The position numbers and the translations under genes are program-made. A DNA stretch of 64,000 nucleotides from the NCBI GenBank assembly GCA_965226585.1, contig OZ245366.1, forward strand, positions 1,280,001-1,344,000. The letters are read 5' to 3'. The notes under the pieces are model-generated. The model was not told where the DNA came from. It saw nothing but the letters and a program-made list of their open reading frames with translations, and did no database searches. This document shows positions 10,176 through 18,949 of the stretch, piece by piece (the stretch's first letter is position 1; each line of letters opens with the position of its first letter). The stretch is from Thermodesulfobacteriota bacterium. GTDB lineage: Bacteria > Desulfobacterota_D > UBA1144 > Nemesobacterales > Mycalebacteriaceae.

Positions 10176-12452
10176 TCAGGTGGCGGGCGTGTTGTCAAGC
10201 AGTTCGGGGGCTGCGCTTAAAATACCTTTTATCTCGCGGGCAACCTTTTCAGACGGGGCGCGAACCGTTCTGCACTTCGGCACGGATTCAACAAACCGTT
10301 TTCCGTATCCTTTGCTCACTATTCTGCTGTCCAGAACCGCCACCGCGCCCTTGTCTGTGGCGGCGCGTATCAGTCTTCCGAACCCCTGGCGGAAGCCCAC
10401 AACCGCCATCGGAACGGCGTAGCGCGAGAAAGCATCTCCGCCCGCCGCCGTGATTGCCTCCATTCTCGCCTGAAAAACCGGCTCGTCCGGCACTCTGAAC
10501 GGCAGGCGCGTTATCACAACGAGGCGCAGGGCGTTTCCCGCGATATCAACGCCCTCTCTGAAGCTGTCTGTCGCGAAAAGGGCGGAGTTTTCGTCAGACT
10601 TGAAACCGGCAAGCAGTTTTTCTCTCGGCAGGTCGCCCTGAGTGAGAACCTTCACGCCCTTTTCCGCAAGGCGCGGGGAAAGAGCGGAACTCACCTTCCT
10701 CAGCATCTGATAAGAGTTGAACAGAACAAGCGCGCCGCCGCCCGCCGCCGTTACGCAGTCAAAAACCGCTTCGGTCAGTTTTTCCGTATGGTTTTCCCGC
10801 GAGGGTTCCGGCACATCGGTTGCGAGGGCGAGAAGGGCTTGATCTTCATAGCGGAACGGAGACGGCACGGCGAGTTCGCTCAGGCGGTGATTTTCCGTAA
10901 GACCCAGCGAGCGTTTTTGAAAATCAAACCCGCCTTCCGCCGTCAGTGTGGCGGAGGTCATTATCACGGTTCCGTATTTGGCGTAAATCTTTTTCAACTG
11001 CGCGGCAATGTCTATCGGCGAAAGGGAGACGGCGGTAAAAACCTTTTTGCCTCTGCGCCGTATCTCAACGCTTTTCACAAACTCTTCAAACGATTCCGCT
11101 CCGGCAAAAAGCCCGGCGACATCGGCAAGGCGCACAAGTCCGTTAAGAGCCGCCTTGAGTTCCGAAACCAGAGCCGCGTCATCCGCGCCCACATCGGCAA
11201 GAGTGGCGGCGGCGTCTTTCACGGCAGACGCAAGCCCCAGAGCAGACGCTCTGATTTGGGCGCACGGCTCCACGCATTCGTAAAAGTTTCCGCCTTGTTC
11301 AAGGTCGGTTTTCGTAACGCGCATATTTTGCGCCCCCGTGTTTGCGGCGCGGGAGGGCAAAACGCATGAGCCGAGAGACTCAAAGAAAATTTCAGAAGCC
11401 GTCATCAGCGCGTCAATTCTGGGCATAAAAACCCTCTGCATTCCCGAAAGAGCTTTGAACACCTTTGTGTTTGCGGATGCGGAGTCCGCTCTTTTCATTT
11501 TCCGCGCGGCTTTTTCCGAACGCGCCACCACCTTTCTCAGCCGTCCGAGAGTTTTCGCGACTGCGGCGGTGGACGCTCTCATGGAGAAATGCGAAGTGGC
11601 GGAATCCACAACGTTGTGGGCTTCGTCAATAACAAGCCGTCTGTTTTGAGGCAGAACCCCCGCGTCTTCTCTGCCCGATGACTCTTTAATGGCGATGTCT
11701 GAAAAAAGCAGGTGGTGGTTGACAACTATAATGTCTGACTCCGCCACTTTCCGCCGCGCTTTGAAAAAGAAACATTCTTTATAGTGCGGGCATTCCCTTT
11801 TCACGCAACTTTCGCTTTCTGCGGCAAATTTGTCCCACACTTCGCCTGACGGCTCAAACCCCAGGTCTGACACTGAGCCGGCGGAAGTTTTTCCCGCCCA
11901 TTCAACTATTGCGCGCTCTTCGCTCATCTCCGGGTCGGGATTTTCAGCGTTTTCGTCTTCAAACAGAGTCCGCAATTCGTCTCGTTCGGAGTCTGCGCGC
12001 AAGAGGCACAGGTAGTTTCTCATTCCCTTCACAAGCGAGTATCTGATGTCTTCGCCGAGGATGTTTTTTAGCATTGGCATATCTTTGTTGATTATCTGGT
12101 CTTGCAGGTTGATTGTGTTTGTGGATATGACGATTCTTTCTTTGTTGAGCAAAGCCCAGCGCGCGGCGGGCACGAGGTATGAGAGGGTTTTTCCGGTTCC
12201 CGTCGGGGCTTCGAGCAGTGATATTGAGTCTCCGTTAAACGCGGCGGTGATTTCCCTTGTAACGGACTGTTGTTCTTTTCTGAATTCGTATCCCTCGCCG
12301 AATGTGGTTTCCACTCTGCCGCCGGGCAGGAAGTAGGAGGCGATTTCCTCAGGGTTCATAAACTTGCGTTCCCCTTCAATCACGGCGTCGGGTGTAAAGA
12401 CTTCCGGCGCAATGTCGGGAAGGTCGTTTGTTTTTTCCGGTTTGTCGCTCAT
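10176..12452 (-). CDS. DinG/YoaA-family ATP-dependent DNA helicase
   Basis: EAPTGTGKT, Fe-S-type Cys cluster (YLC..SC..CPH..C), DEAH, QGFGRLIR. Confidence 0.92.
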   Translation of the reverse strand: MSDKPEKTNDLPDIAPEVFTPDAVIEGERKFMNPEEIASYFLPGGRVETTFGEGYEFRKEQQSVTREITAAFNGDSISLLEAPTGTGKTLSYLVPAARWALLNKERIVISTNTINLQDQIINKDMPMLKNILGEDIRYSLVKGMRNYLCLLRADSERDELRTLFEDENAENPDPEMSEERAIVEWAGKTSAGSVSDLGFEPSGEVWDKFAAESESCVKRECPHYKECFFFKARRKVAESDIIVVNHHLLFSDIAIKESSGREDAGVLPQNRRLVIDEAHNVVDSATSHFSMRASTAAVAKTLGRLRKVVARSEKAARKMKRADSASANTKVFKALSGMQRVFMPRIDALMTASEIFFESLGSCVLPSRAANTGAQNMRVTKTDLEQGGNFYECVEPCAQIRASALGLASAVKDAAATLADVGADDAALVSELKAALNGLVRLADVAGLFAGAESFEEFVKSVEIRRRGKKVFTAVSLSPIDIAAQLKKIYAKYGTVIMTSATLTAEGGFDFQKRSLGLTENHRLSELAVPSPFRYEDQALLALATDVPEPSRENHTEKLTEAVFDCVTAAGGGALVLFNSYQMLRKVSSALSPRLAEKGVKVLTQGDLPREKLLAGFKSDENSALFATDSFREGVDIAGNALRLVVITRLPFRVPDEPVFQARMEAITAAGGDAFSRYAVPMAVVGFRQGFGRLIRAATDKGAVAVLDSRIVSKGYGKRFVESVPKCRTVRAPSEKVAREIKGILSAAPELLDNTPAT

Positions 12453-12514
12453 ATCGCGGGGTTTAAGTTAACAGCAATTTGCCCGCAGTGCTTGCGGGGT
12501 GTAACTTAACCGCC

Positions 12515-12604
12515 GGAGGGATGGCCGAGTGGTCGAAGGCGCTGGTTTCGAAAACCAGTAGAGTCTCACGGCTCTCAGGGGTTCGAATCCCCTTCCCTCC
12601 GCCA
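12515..12604 (+). tRNA. tRNA-Ser (anticodon CGA)
   Basis: GGAGGGA/TCCCTCC acceptor stem, CTGGT-TTCGAAA-ACCAG anticodon arm, long variable arm, GTTCGAATC, encoded CCA. Confidence 0.96.
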
Positions 12605-12679
12605 AAAGACTGTGGCATACTTGCAGGAAAGAATAACGCTTTTTTTGATAATAAAGAGGTTTTGGAGAAGCGGAAATCC

Positions 12680-13876
12680 ATGAGAGTTGCTAAGAAAAGG
12701 CAGTACCGAATTACTAGCGTGTCCCAAGCAAAAGAGGTCTCTAGGAATTTTCTCAAGAATCTCGACCTACATAATGCTGTGGTCTTTGGGTTGCCAGAGA
12801 TTGATGACCGCTATCATATTTGGCGGGTTCCCCTGCTTGGTAAAGAGAAGGAATCCATCGGAGAAATTGTTATAGACGCTATTACCACTTTGGTCAACGA
12901 GAAGAAAACCACAGACAAGGAAGTACTTGAATCAAGACTTCTTGGTAGAAAGAAGTTAAAGAGTCTACAAATAAAACAGCAACCTTGTGCAAGAGGAAAA
13001 TCGACTCCAAAACTTTCCACTTTGAGGAACACTATAGGGCTTGGCGATAGTGAAGAACTTTTGTCTGAGACACCAAACGAGTCTGTGGATTTAGTTTTCA
13101 CCTCACCTCCATATTACAATTCAAGACCTGAATACTCAGAGTACCTAACCTATGAAGGTTATCTATTAAAAATTCAGAAAATCATACACCAATGCCATCG
13201 CGTCATGAATGAGGGACGATTTTTCGTTATGAACGTATCACCCATACTGATTAGACGACCAAGCAGGAACCAATCATCTAAACGCATCGCTGTACCATTT
13301 GATTTTCATCGCCTTTTTATTGAAGAAGGATTTGAATTTATTGATGACATACACTGGGTAAAACCCGAAGGGGCCGGTTGGGCAACAGGTAGGGGGAGAA
13401 GGTTCGCAGCTGACAGGAATCCACTACAATACAAACCGGTTCCAGTAACTGAATACTTGCTAGTTTATCGCAAAAAGACTGACAAACTGATTGATTGGCA
13501 CATTCGCAATCATCCTAATCGAAAACTAGTCAAGCAATCAAAAATCAAAGATGGATATGAAAAAACTAATATTTGGAAAATTCATCCTGCTCACCATTCA
13601 AAACATCCAGCTGTTTTCCCCTACGAACTTGCAGAGAAGGTGATTAGTTACTATTCATTCAAAAGCGATGTTATTCTTGACCCCTTCGCCGGAACAGGGA
13701 CAGTAGGACAAGCAGCTATAAACCTTGAGCGCAGATTCATACTTTTTGAACAAGAAAACGAATATATGGAAGTCATGAAAGAAAAAATACAAAAATTAAT
13801 GAAAAACAAGATGGATGAGATTAATTGGATAAATACACAGCCTAGCAAACCTCACAATTACCCTCTGGATTTTTAA
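12680..13876 (+). CDS. Site-specific DNA methyltransferase, N4-C/N6-A, beta-class motif order
   Basis: TSPPY precedes [14 protein letters not shown]; start moved to ATG 12680 (GGAGAAG upstream) because the longer ORF overlaps the tRNA. Confidence 0.92.
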   Translation: MRVAKKRQYRITSVSQAKEVSRNFLKNLDLHNAVVFGLPEIDDRYHIWRVPLLGKEKESIGEIVIDAITTLVNEKKTTDKEVLESRLLGRKKLKSLQIKQQPCARGKSTPKLSTLRNTIGLGDSEELLSETPNESVDLVFTSPPYYNSRPEYSEYLTYEGYLLKIQKIIHQCHRVMNEGRFFVMNVSPILIRRPSRNQSSKRIAVPFDFHRLFIEEGFEFIDDIHWVKPEGAGWATGRGRRFAADRNPLQYKPVPVTEYLLVYRKKTDKLIDWHIRNHPNRKLVKQSKIKDGYEKTNIWKIHPAHHSKHPAVFPYELAEKVISYYSFKSDVILDPFAGTGTVGQAAINLERRFILFEQENEYMEVMKEKIQKLMKNKMDEINWINTQPSKPHNYPLDF

Positions 13877-13877
13877 G

Positions 13878-14975
13878 TTGCCTAAAAAGAAACAATCCGA
13901 AGCACGACTCGCCCAAAACATACCATCTGTAGGTTTGAATTTAGCGAAATATACCAGTGGACAACTAATTGAAAGATTAGGAGAGGACATAATAAGGCAA
14001 GTTGTTACTTCCATACTCTGTGGAGGAAATGTCCGCTCCCTAACTGAGGGGCTGACCCAGAGACGAGTGGCACTTTCAAATGCCTCTATGTTTGTTGCAT
14101 TTTTGCAGGCATCAAAAAATGTTTCAAAGTTTCCAGAGAACCTCACAAAAATTGTCAGCAAAGAAATAAACACAGCAAATCTTTCCCGCGAAGAAACAAT
14201 ATTCCTTAATTGGTTTGTTGGGTTAACGGGAAAAAGCATTCAAAACGTTTTAAGAAGTGACCGCAAACAACTGGCCACATACTTAGAGGAACTTGACAAG
14301 TCACTACATAAGTCCATTCAACAATCTCAGAAAGAATTTGGAGATCTCTCCGGCATTATCAATCTCAACAAAGACGAATACCCCGTAAGTTGGAATTCAA
14401 TTCTACATTTGTTTCTTGCCATCGGAGCTCAAACGCTTTCCATAAGAGGGTCTGAAAAATCCATGTACGGAAAATTGTTTGAGAAACTCATACTTGGTTC
14501 ACTTCTTACAATTCTTGGTTTTGAAAAAATTGATAGTACCAAATCTAACAAATCCAAAAAAGTGTTCTGGCTTTCGCAACGGGAGGAAAAAAGAGAAAGT
14601 GATGCGACACTACTTCTGAATCCGGGAACAGGCATCAGATTTGATATCGGCTTCATAGGTCCGGGCAATACTGAAATCTCCCTTGACAAGGTTTCCCGTT
14701 TTGAAAAGGAAATGGAACACGGGAAGAAACTTCATTTTATGTCAACCATCATCCTAGTTGACAGAATTGGAGAAGGTAGCAACATCACCCACCTTGCAAA
14801 GGAAATTGAGGGAGATATTGTACAAATGAGCATGGCATACTGGGTTAAGCAAGTGTGTGAAATACTAAAATCAAAAACAGACTTTAAACACCCTCTAACA
14901 AAAATTAGTGACGAGAAAAGCATACGCTACATAGAGGATGCAATGAAAAACATGGATTTAAAATCCTTTATTTAA
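13878..14975 (+). CDS. Putative type II restriction endonuclease (resembles CfrBI family from memory, unverified)
   Basis: 1 bp downstream of the MTase, AT-rich; GKLFEKL..ESDATL..RFDIGFIG PD-(D/E)xK-like pattern. Confidence 0.7.
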   Translation: MPKKKQSEARLAQNIPSVGLNLAKYTSGQLIERLGEDIIRQVVTSILCGGNVRSLTEGLTQRRVALSNASMFVAFLQASKNVSKFPENLTKIVSKEINTANLSREETIFLNWFVGLTGKSIQNVLRSDRKQLATYLEELDKSLHKSIQQSQKEFGDLSGIINLNKDEYPVSWNSILHLFLAIGAQTLSIRGSEKSMYGKLFEKLILGSLLTILGFEKIDSTKSNKSKKVFWLSQREEKRESDATLLLNPGTGIRFDIGFIGPGNTEISLDKVSRFEKEMEHGKKLHFMSTIILVDRIGEGSNITHLAKEIEGDIVQMSMAYWVKQVCEILKSKTDFKHPLTKISDEKSIRYIEDAMKNMDLKSFI

Positions 14976-15055
14976 GTCTATCCCTAAATATCGGAATTGA
15001 ATTCTCTTCGCTTACTTAAAGATAGTCCTCTACCGAGCCTGTGAAATCCTTCTAC

Positions 15056-15186
15056 TTGTCCGAATATTCACCTTCCGCAATTTCCCGCTCAATAGATTCA
15101 CCTACAAACTGATTGAGTGATATGCCCCTTGCGGCTGCCATCTCGCTCGCCCTGCGGTGAATATCCGGGAAAACGCGGATATTGAA
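15056..15186 (-). pseudogene. 3' remnant of a second hicB copy
   Basis: Translates FNIRVFPDIHRRASEMAAARGISLNQFVGESIEREIAEGEYSDK*, nearly the same as the C-terminus of 16338-16676; in-frame TGA upstream and no start. Confidence 0.85.
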
Positions 15187-15237
15187 CCAAGAACAACCAT
15201 TTTCGCGGACTCACGAAAATGGTCTGAACAACTTGTA

Positions 15238-16302
15238 TTACTCATCTTCACCACCGCCGCGCTTCTTTCCCCCCGCCTTCTCAATCTCCTTCACTTCTTT
15301 ATCAAAATCAGACTCAAACTTCCGGTCTTGAATAACCCGATATTTCTCAAACTCGCTTTTAGCATGTTCTTTGGCATTTGCCGCGCTTATCGCTCCGGCG
15401 TCTGGCAAAATATCGCGTTCGTTCAATTTCAGAAACCCATCAAGACGTTTCGCCCAATCTTCCATTGTCATCGGGATTTTTCTTTCCGCCATATCCTCGG
15501 CAAGGTCAAGATACGAGTTGACAGTCCGCCCCAGTGATTTCATCTCATCCTTTGTCAGATAGTTCTTAGCCACTACAACGTCAGTTTTGAGAATTTTACC
15601 TTCGGGACCTCCCTCCCAACTCGTCAGCCCCATATTGGACTTCCCGCTGTCCGCCCGTTTGCTAATCAACTCCGGCGCGGTGTTGCCGTGAATGGCGTAA
15701 TGCAACTTGTTCTGAACTTTGGCGAAAAACTCCCGTGTAGTCGGCGCGTCCCGGTTGTAATCCACGCTTGTGGCGTAAATATCGGTAACTTTCTGATAGA
15801 AACGCCGCTCACTCAGGCGAATCTCCCTGATTTCCTCTAACAGTTGCTCAAAATAGTCGTTGCCGAGAAATGCGCCGTTCTCAAGACGCTTCGTGTCCAT
15901 CACATAGCCCTTGATGGCAAACTCACGCAAAACACTTGTTGCCCACTGGCGAAACTGAGTTGCGCGCCGGGAATTGACGCGGTAGCCGACCGCAATGATG
16001 GCATCCAGATGGTAGAACTTGACGGTGCGTCGTACCTCTCTATTGCCCTCTTTTTGAACTACCGAGAAATCCTCGGCAGTTGCTTTTTCCTGCAATTCCT
16101 CCTCCGCATAGATGTTTTTCAGGTGCAGGCTAATGTTGTCACTGGAAGTGCCAAACAGTTCCGCCATCAGTTTCTGCGTAAGCCAGATGGTTTCATCCTG
16201 ATAGCGCACCTCAATCCCACCTTCTCCGGCTTGCCCGGTAAAAATGAGAAACTCCGCTGTGCTGTTGCGGATAGTCAAACTCTTGGAACGCCCTTTGCTC
16301 AC
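15238..16302 (-). CDS. RhuM-family (virulence RhuM-like) DNA-binding protein
   Basis: ETIWLTQKLMAELF, IIAVGYRVNSRRATQFRQWAT, IREIRLSERRFYQK, AKNYL. Confidence 0.9.
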   Translation of the reverse strand: MSKGRSKSLTIRNSTAEFLIFTGQAGEGGIEVRYQDETIWLTQKLMAELFGTSSDNISLHLKNIYAEEELQEKATAEDFSVVQKEGNREVRRTVKFYHLDAIIAVGYRVNSRRATQFRQWATSVLREFAIKGYVMDTKRLENGAFLGNDYFEQLLEEIREIRLSERRFYQKVTDIYATSVDYNRDAPTTREFFAKVQNKLHYAIHGNTAPELISKRADSGKSNMGLTSWEGGPEGKILKTDVVVAKNYLTKDEMKSLGRTVNSYLDLAEDMAERKIPMTMEDWAKRLDGFLKLNERDILPDAGAISAANAKEHAKSEFEKYRVIQDRKFESDFDKEVKEIEKAGGKKRGGGEDE

Positions 16303-16337
16303 CGCTCTATCCCCTTAAGCAACTTATCCATCTCGCC

Positions 16338-16676
16338 CTAGCCTTCCGCAAGTTCCCTCTCAATGGCTTCACCCACAAACTGATTGAGTGATATGCCCCT
16401 TGCGGCTGCCATCTCGCTCGCCCTGCGGTGAGTGTCCGGGGAAACACGGATATTGAAAGAGCCCTTGTATTGCTTGAATACCGGAATTGAATTCTCCTTG
16501 CATGTTTCAAGGTAGAGATCTATCGCGTCTCTAAAATCTTTTTTGAGTTCCTTGACTGACCTGCCCTCAAAAGAGACAGAGCCGGAAATACTCAGCACAA
16601 CACCAAAGAAAACATCATCCTCTTCGCTGTATTGAACCTTCGCCACAAAATCTTTGTATCTCATTACACTTGCCAT
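16338..16676 (-). CDS. HicB-family antitoxin
   Basis: YSEEDDVFFG..SFEGRSVKELKKDFRDAIDLYL, YKGSFNIRVSPDTHR..GISLNQFV. Confidence 0.9.
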   Translation of the reverse strand: MASVMRYKDFVAKVQYSEEDDVFFGVVLSISGSVSFEGRSVKELKKDFRDAIDLYLETCKENSIPVFKQYKGSFNIRVSPDTHRRASEMAAARGISLNQFVGEAIERELAEG

Positions 16677-16754
16677 AATAAAACCCTCTTCGGCAAGATT
16701 CTAACTTATAAAAAATGAATAGCAACTAAAAAACAGTCGCAAAAAGAAAATTCT

Positions 16755-18563
16755 CTAAACCGGCTCCATAATAGTCCGTTTCTTTTCCAAATCCGCGCCC
16801 ACAACCCTCAGTTTCAGTTCCTGTCCGAGACTGAACCACTTTCTTCTGCCGCTTTGTTTCATCTTCTCGCGGGGCACAAAACCCTCGCAACACATCTCAC
16901 TCAACTCAAGAAACATCCCAAACGGCAAAACACTTATCACCTTGCCCGTCAAAGTTCTGCCCGTGAGCGTTTTCATAAAATTCGCGGTCTCAAGATTTAC
17001 CGTCTCCCTCTCAGCCTTCTCCGCGTTTCTCTCAAGAACCGAAGCCCGCTCGCACAAACCGTCAAGCGATTCCTGCGAATAGGATGTGCCGCCGTTCGCT
17101 ATGCGGTCAACCATCCGGTGCGCTATCACATCGGGGTAACGCCTTATCGGAGAGGTGAAGTGCGAATACATCTCAATGGCAAGCCCGAAATGCCCCAACT
17201 CGCGGGTTGAATAAACCGCCCTCTGAAGCGACTTGAGCACAAGCATATTGACCGCGCTCTCCTGTTTTCCACCCTTGAAATCGGAAAGCAATTTCTGAAT
17301 CGCCTTCCCGGTTATCCCGTCCGGCATATCCGCCTCATAACCCAGTTTGCCAAGTTCCGAAACAAGTTCGGAAGCAGAATCACCCGTTGGCGGCTCGTGA
17401 ACCCTGTACACACCGCAACCCGCGCTCTTACGCAGAAGCGTTCCAACCGCCCTGTTCGCAGATATCATAAACTGCTCTATTATCATGTTCGCAACGCCCC
17501 TCTGCGCGTTCCTTATCTCCGTTACCCTGCCTTGAGAATCCCTGACTATCTCCGGCTCCGGCAGGTCAAAATCCAACTCTCCGTTTGCCAAACTGCGCCT
17601 CTTTATCGCCCCGTAAAGATCCCTCATCATCTTGAGACTTTCTTTGACATCCGGCGACAGATTATCGCCGCTTCCGCTCTCAAGAAATGCCGTTACCTGA
17701 GAATAGGTTAAACGCGCCGCGCTGTTGATGATGCTGTTGTAGACATGAAAATCCTTTAACTCGCCGTCACGGGAAAACTCCATCTCCACCGTCTTGGTAA
17801 GCCGGTCTTGCTTCGGAACAAGACTACACAAATCGTTTGACAGCTCTTCGGGAAGCATCGGTATCACGCGGTTGTCAAGATAAACGCTCGTGCCTCGCGC
17901 CACCGCCTCTTTGTCAAGAGCGCCGCCCTCGGTAACGTAGTGCGAAACATCCGCGATGCACACCCACAGAGAATAGCCGGAGCCCTCTTTTCTGATGCCA
18001 ACCGCATCGTCATAATCCTTTGCGTCATCGCCGTCTATTGTGAAAATGGTTTTCTTTCTGAGGTCAACCCTGCCGGCGGTGAACTCTTCGGGACGCGCGC
18101 GGCAAACATCTTTTGCGTGGCTCAAAACCTCAGGCGGAAACTCGCCCGGAAGCGAGTATTTGTATTCAATCGCCTTCTTTTCCGTCTCATACTCGCCCGC
18201 CCTTCCGATAATCTTCTCCACACTCACAACCGGAACCGCGTCTTTCATTCCCCGGTACCGGACAACGGCAAGGTAGCCGGGTCTCATTTTCGGTTCCTGT
18301 GACGGGTCAGAAATAAACGCGTGCGGAAAATCTTCGCCCCTGGGAATAAGACGCAAGCCTTCCGGACCCTCAACCGCTTTGGCAAGAAAAACAGACGAAA
18401 TCCCTTCTCCCGAAACACGTCTCGGTTTGCCCGGTTTTCCCTTTGCTCCCCCGGGGCGTGAAGACGCGGAGCGGGAGCGGTTTGAGGGCGGTTTCGGTTT
18501 GCCCGAATGCGGTTTTGCTCCGCCGGACGGGCGGGGGCGGCGGCCTCCTCTTTTTCGGGTCAT
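16755..18563 (-). CDS. rnr: Ribonuclease R / RNB-family 3'-5' exoribonuclease
   Basis: TIDGDDAKDYDDA, HFTSPIRRYPD, C-terminal S1 domain. Confidence 0.88.
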   Translation of the reverse strand: MTRKRGGRRPRPSGGAKPHSGKPKPPSNRSRSASSRPGGAKGKPGKPRRVSGEGISSVFLAKAVEGPEGLRLIPRGEDFPHAFISDPSQEPKMRPGYLAVVRYRGMKDAVPVVSVEKIIGRAGEYETEKKAIEYKYSLPGEFPPEVLSHAKDVCRARPEEFTAGRVDLRKKTIFTIDGDDAKDYDDAVGIRKEGSGYSLWVCIADVSHYVTEGGALDKEAVARGTSVYLDNRVIPMLPEELSNDLCSLVPKQDRLTKTVEMEFSRDGELKDFHVYNSIINSAARLTYSQVTAFLESGSGDNLSPDVKESLKMMRDLYGAIKRRSLANGELDFDLPEPEIVRDSQGRVTEIRNAQRGVANMIIEQFMISANRAVGTLLRKSAGCGVYRVHEPPTGDSASELVSELGKLGYEADMPDGITGKAIQKLLSDFKGGKQESAVNMLVLKSLQRAVYSTRELGHFGLAIEMYSHFTSPIRRYPDVIAHRMVDRIANGGTSYSQESLDGLCERASVLERNAEKAERETVNLETANFMKTLTGRTLTGKVISVLPFGMFLELSEMCCEGFVPREKMKQSGRRKWFSLGQELKLRVVGADLEKKRTIMEPV

Positions 18564-18750
18564 ATTGCCAAAACCCGCCGGGCGCGAAGACTCGGCGATT
18601 CAGGAACCGTATTTGGATTTGAGTTTGAAAAAAGTCTCACAAGAACCTTGGCGGAACGGGTCCGCAAAACACAGTCTACACGGTATAAGCGGATTTTTCT
18701 CAAAAAACCCCCGAAGGCGGTCTTGAAAACAAAACCCCTTTGTATAGATT

Positions 18751-18942
18751 GTGTCTGAAATGCTTAAAACAAACATCCCGGGCGGAATCGCGGTTGTCGC
18801 TCTTATATTCTCAGTCGTTGGCTTCGGCATATCGCTCAACACTTCAATAAACTGGGATCTCTACTTCAAAATCATCGGCTCGGTCGGAGGCATCGCCCTC
18901 ACGGTCGCCATTATCGCGCGTTTTATCCCCTCATCGGAATAA
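18751..18942 (+). CDS. Small hypothetical membrane protein (two hydrophobic segments)
   Basis: Fills the gap between rnr and the secretin gene; two TM-like stretches; start may be ATG 18760. Confidence 0.6.
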   Translation: MSEMLKTNIPGGIAVVALIFSVVGFGISLNTSINWDLYFKIIGSVGGIALTVAIIARFIPSSE

Positions 18943-18949
18943 CCGCCGC

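Noticed and set aside
31..10220. Plus-strand ORFs opposite the ribosomal genes, and similar ones opposite the autotransporters
   Set aside because: Antisense shadows of well-supported genes with no recognisable motifs.
12479..12679. Longer N-terminus of the methyltransferase ORF
   Set aside because: It runs through tRNA-Ser; ATG 12680 has a plausible ribosome-binding site.
16681..16696. Possible attR copy of the tRNA-Ser 3' end (CCCTCTTCGGCA)
   Set aside because: Too short and mismatched against CCCTCCGCCA to distinguish from chance.
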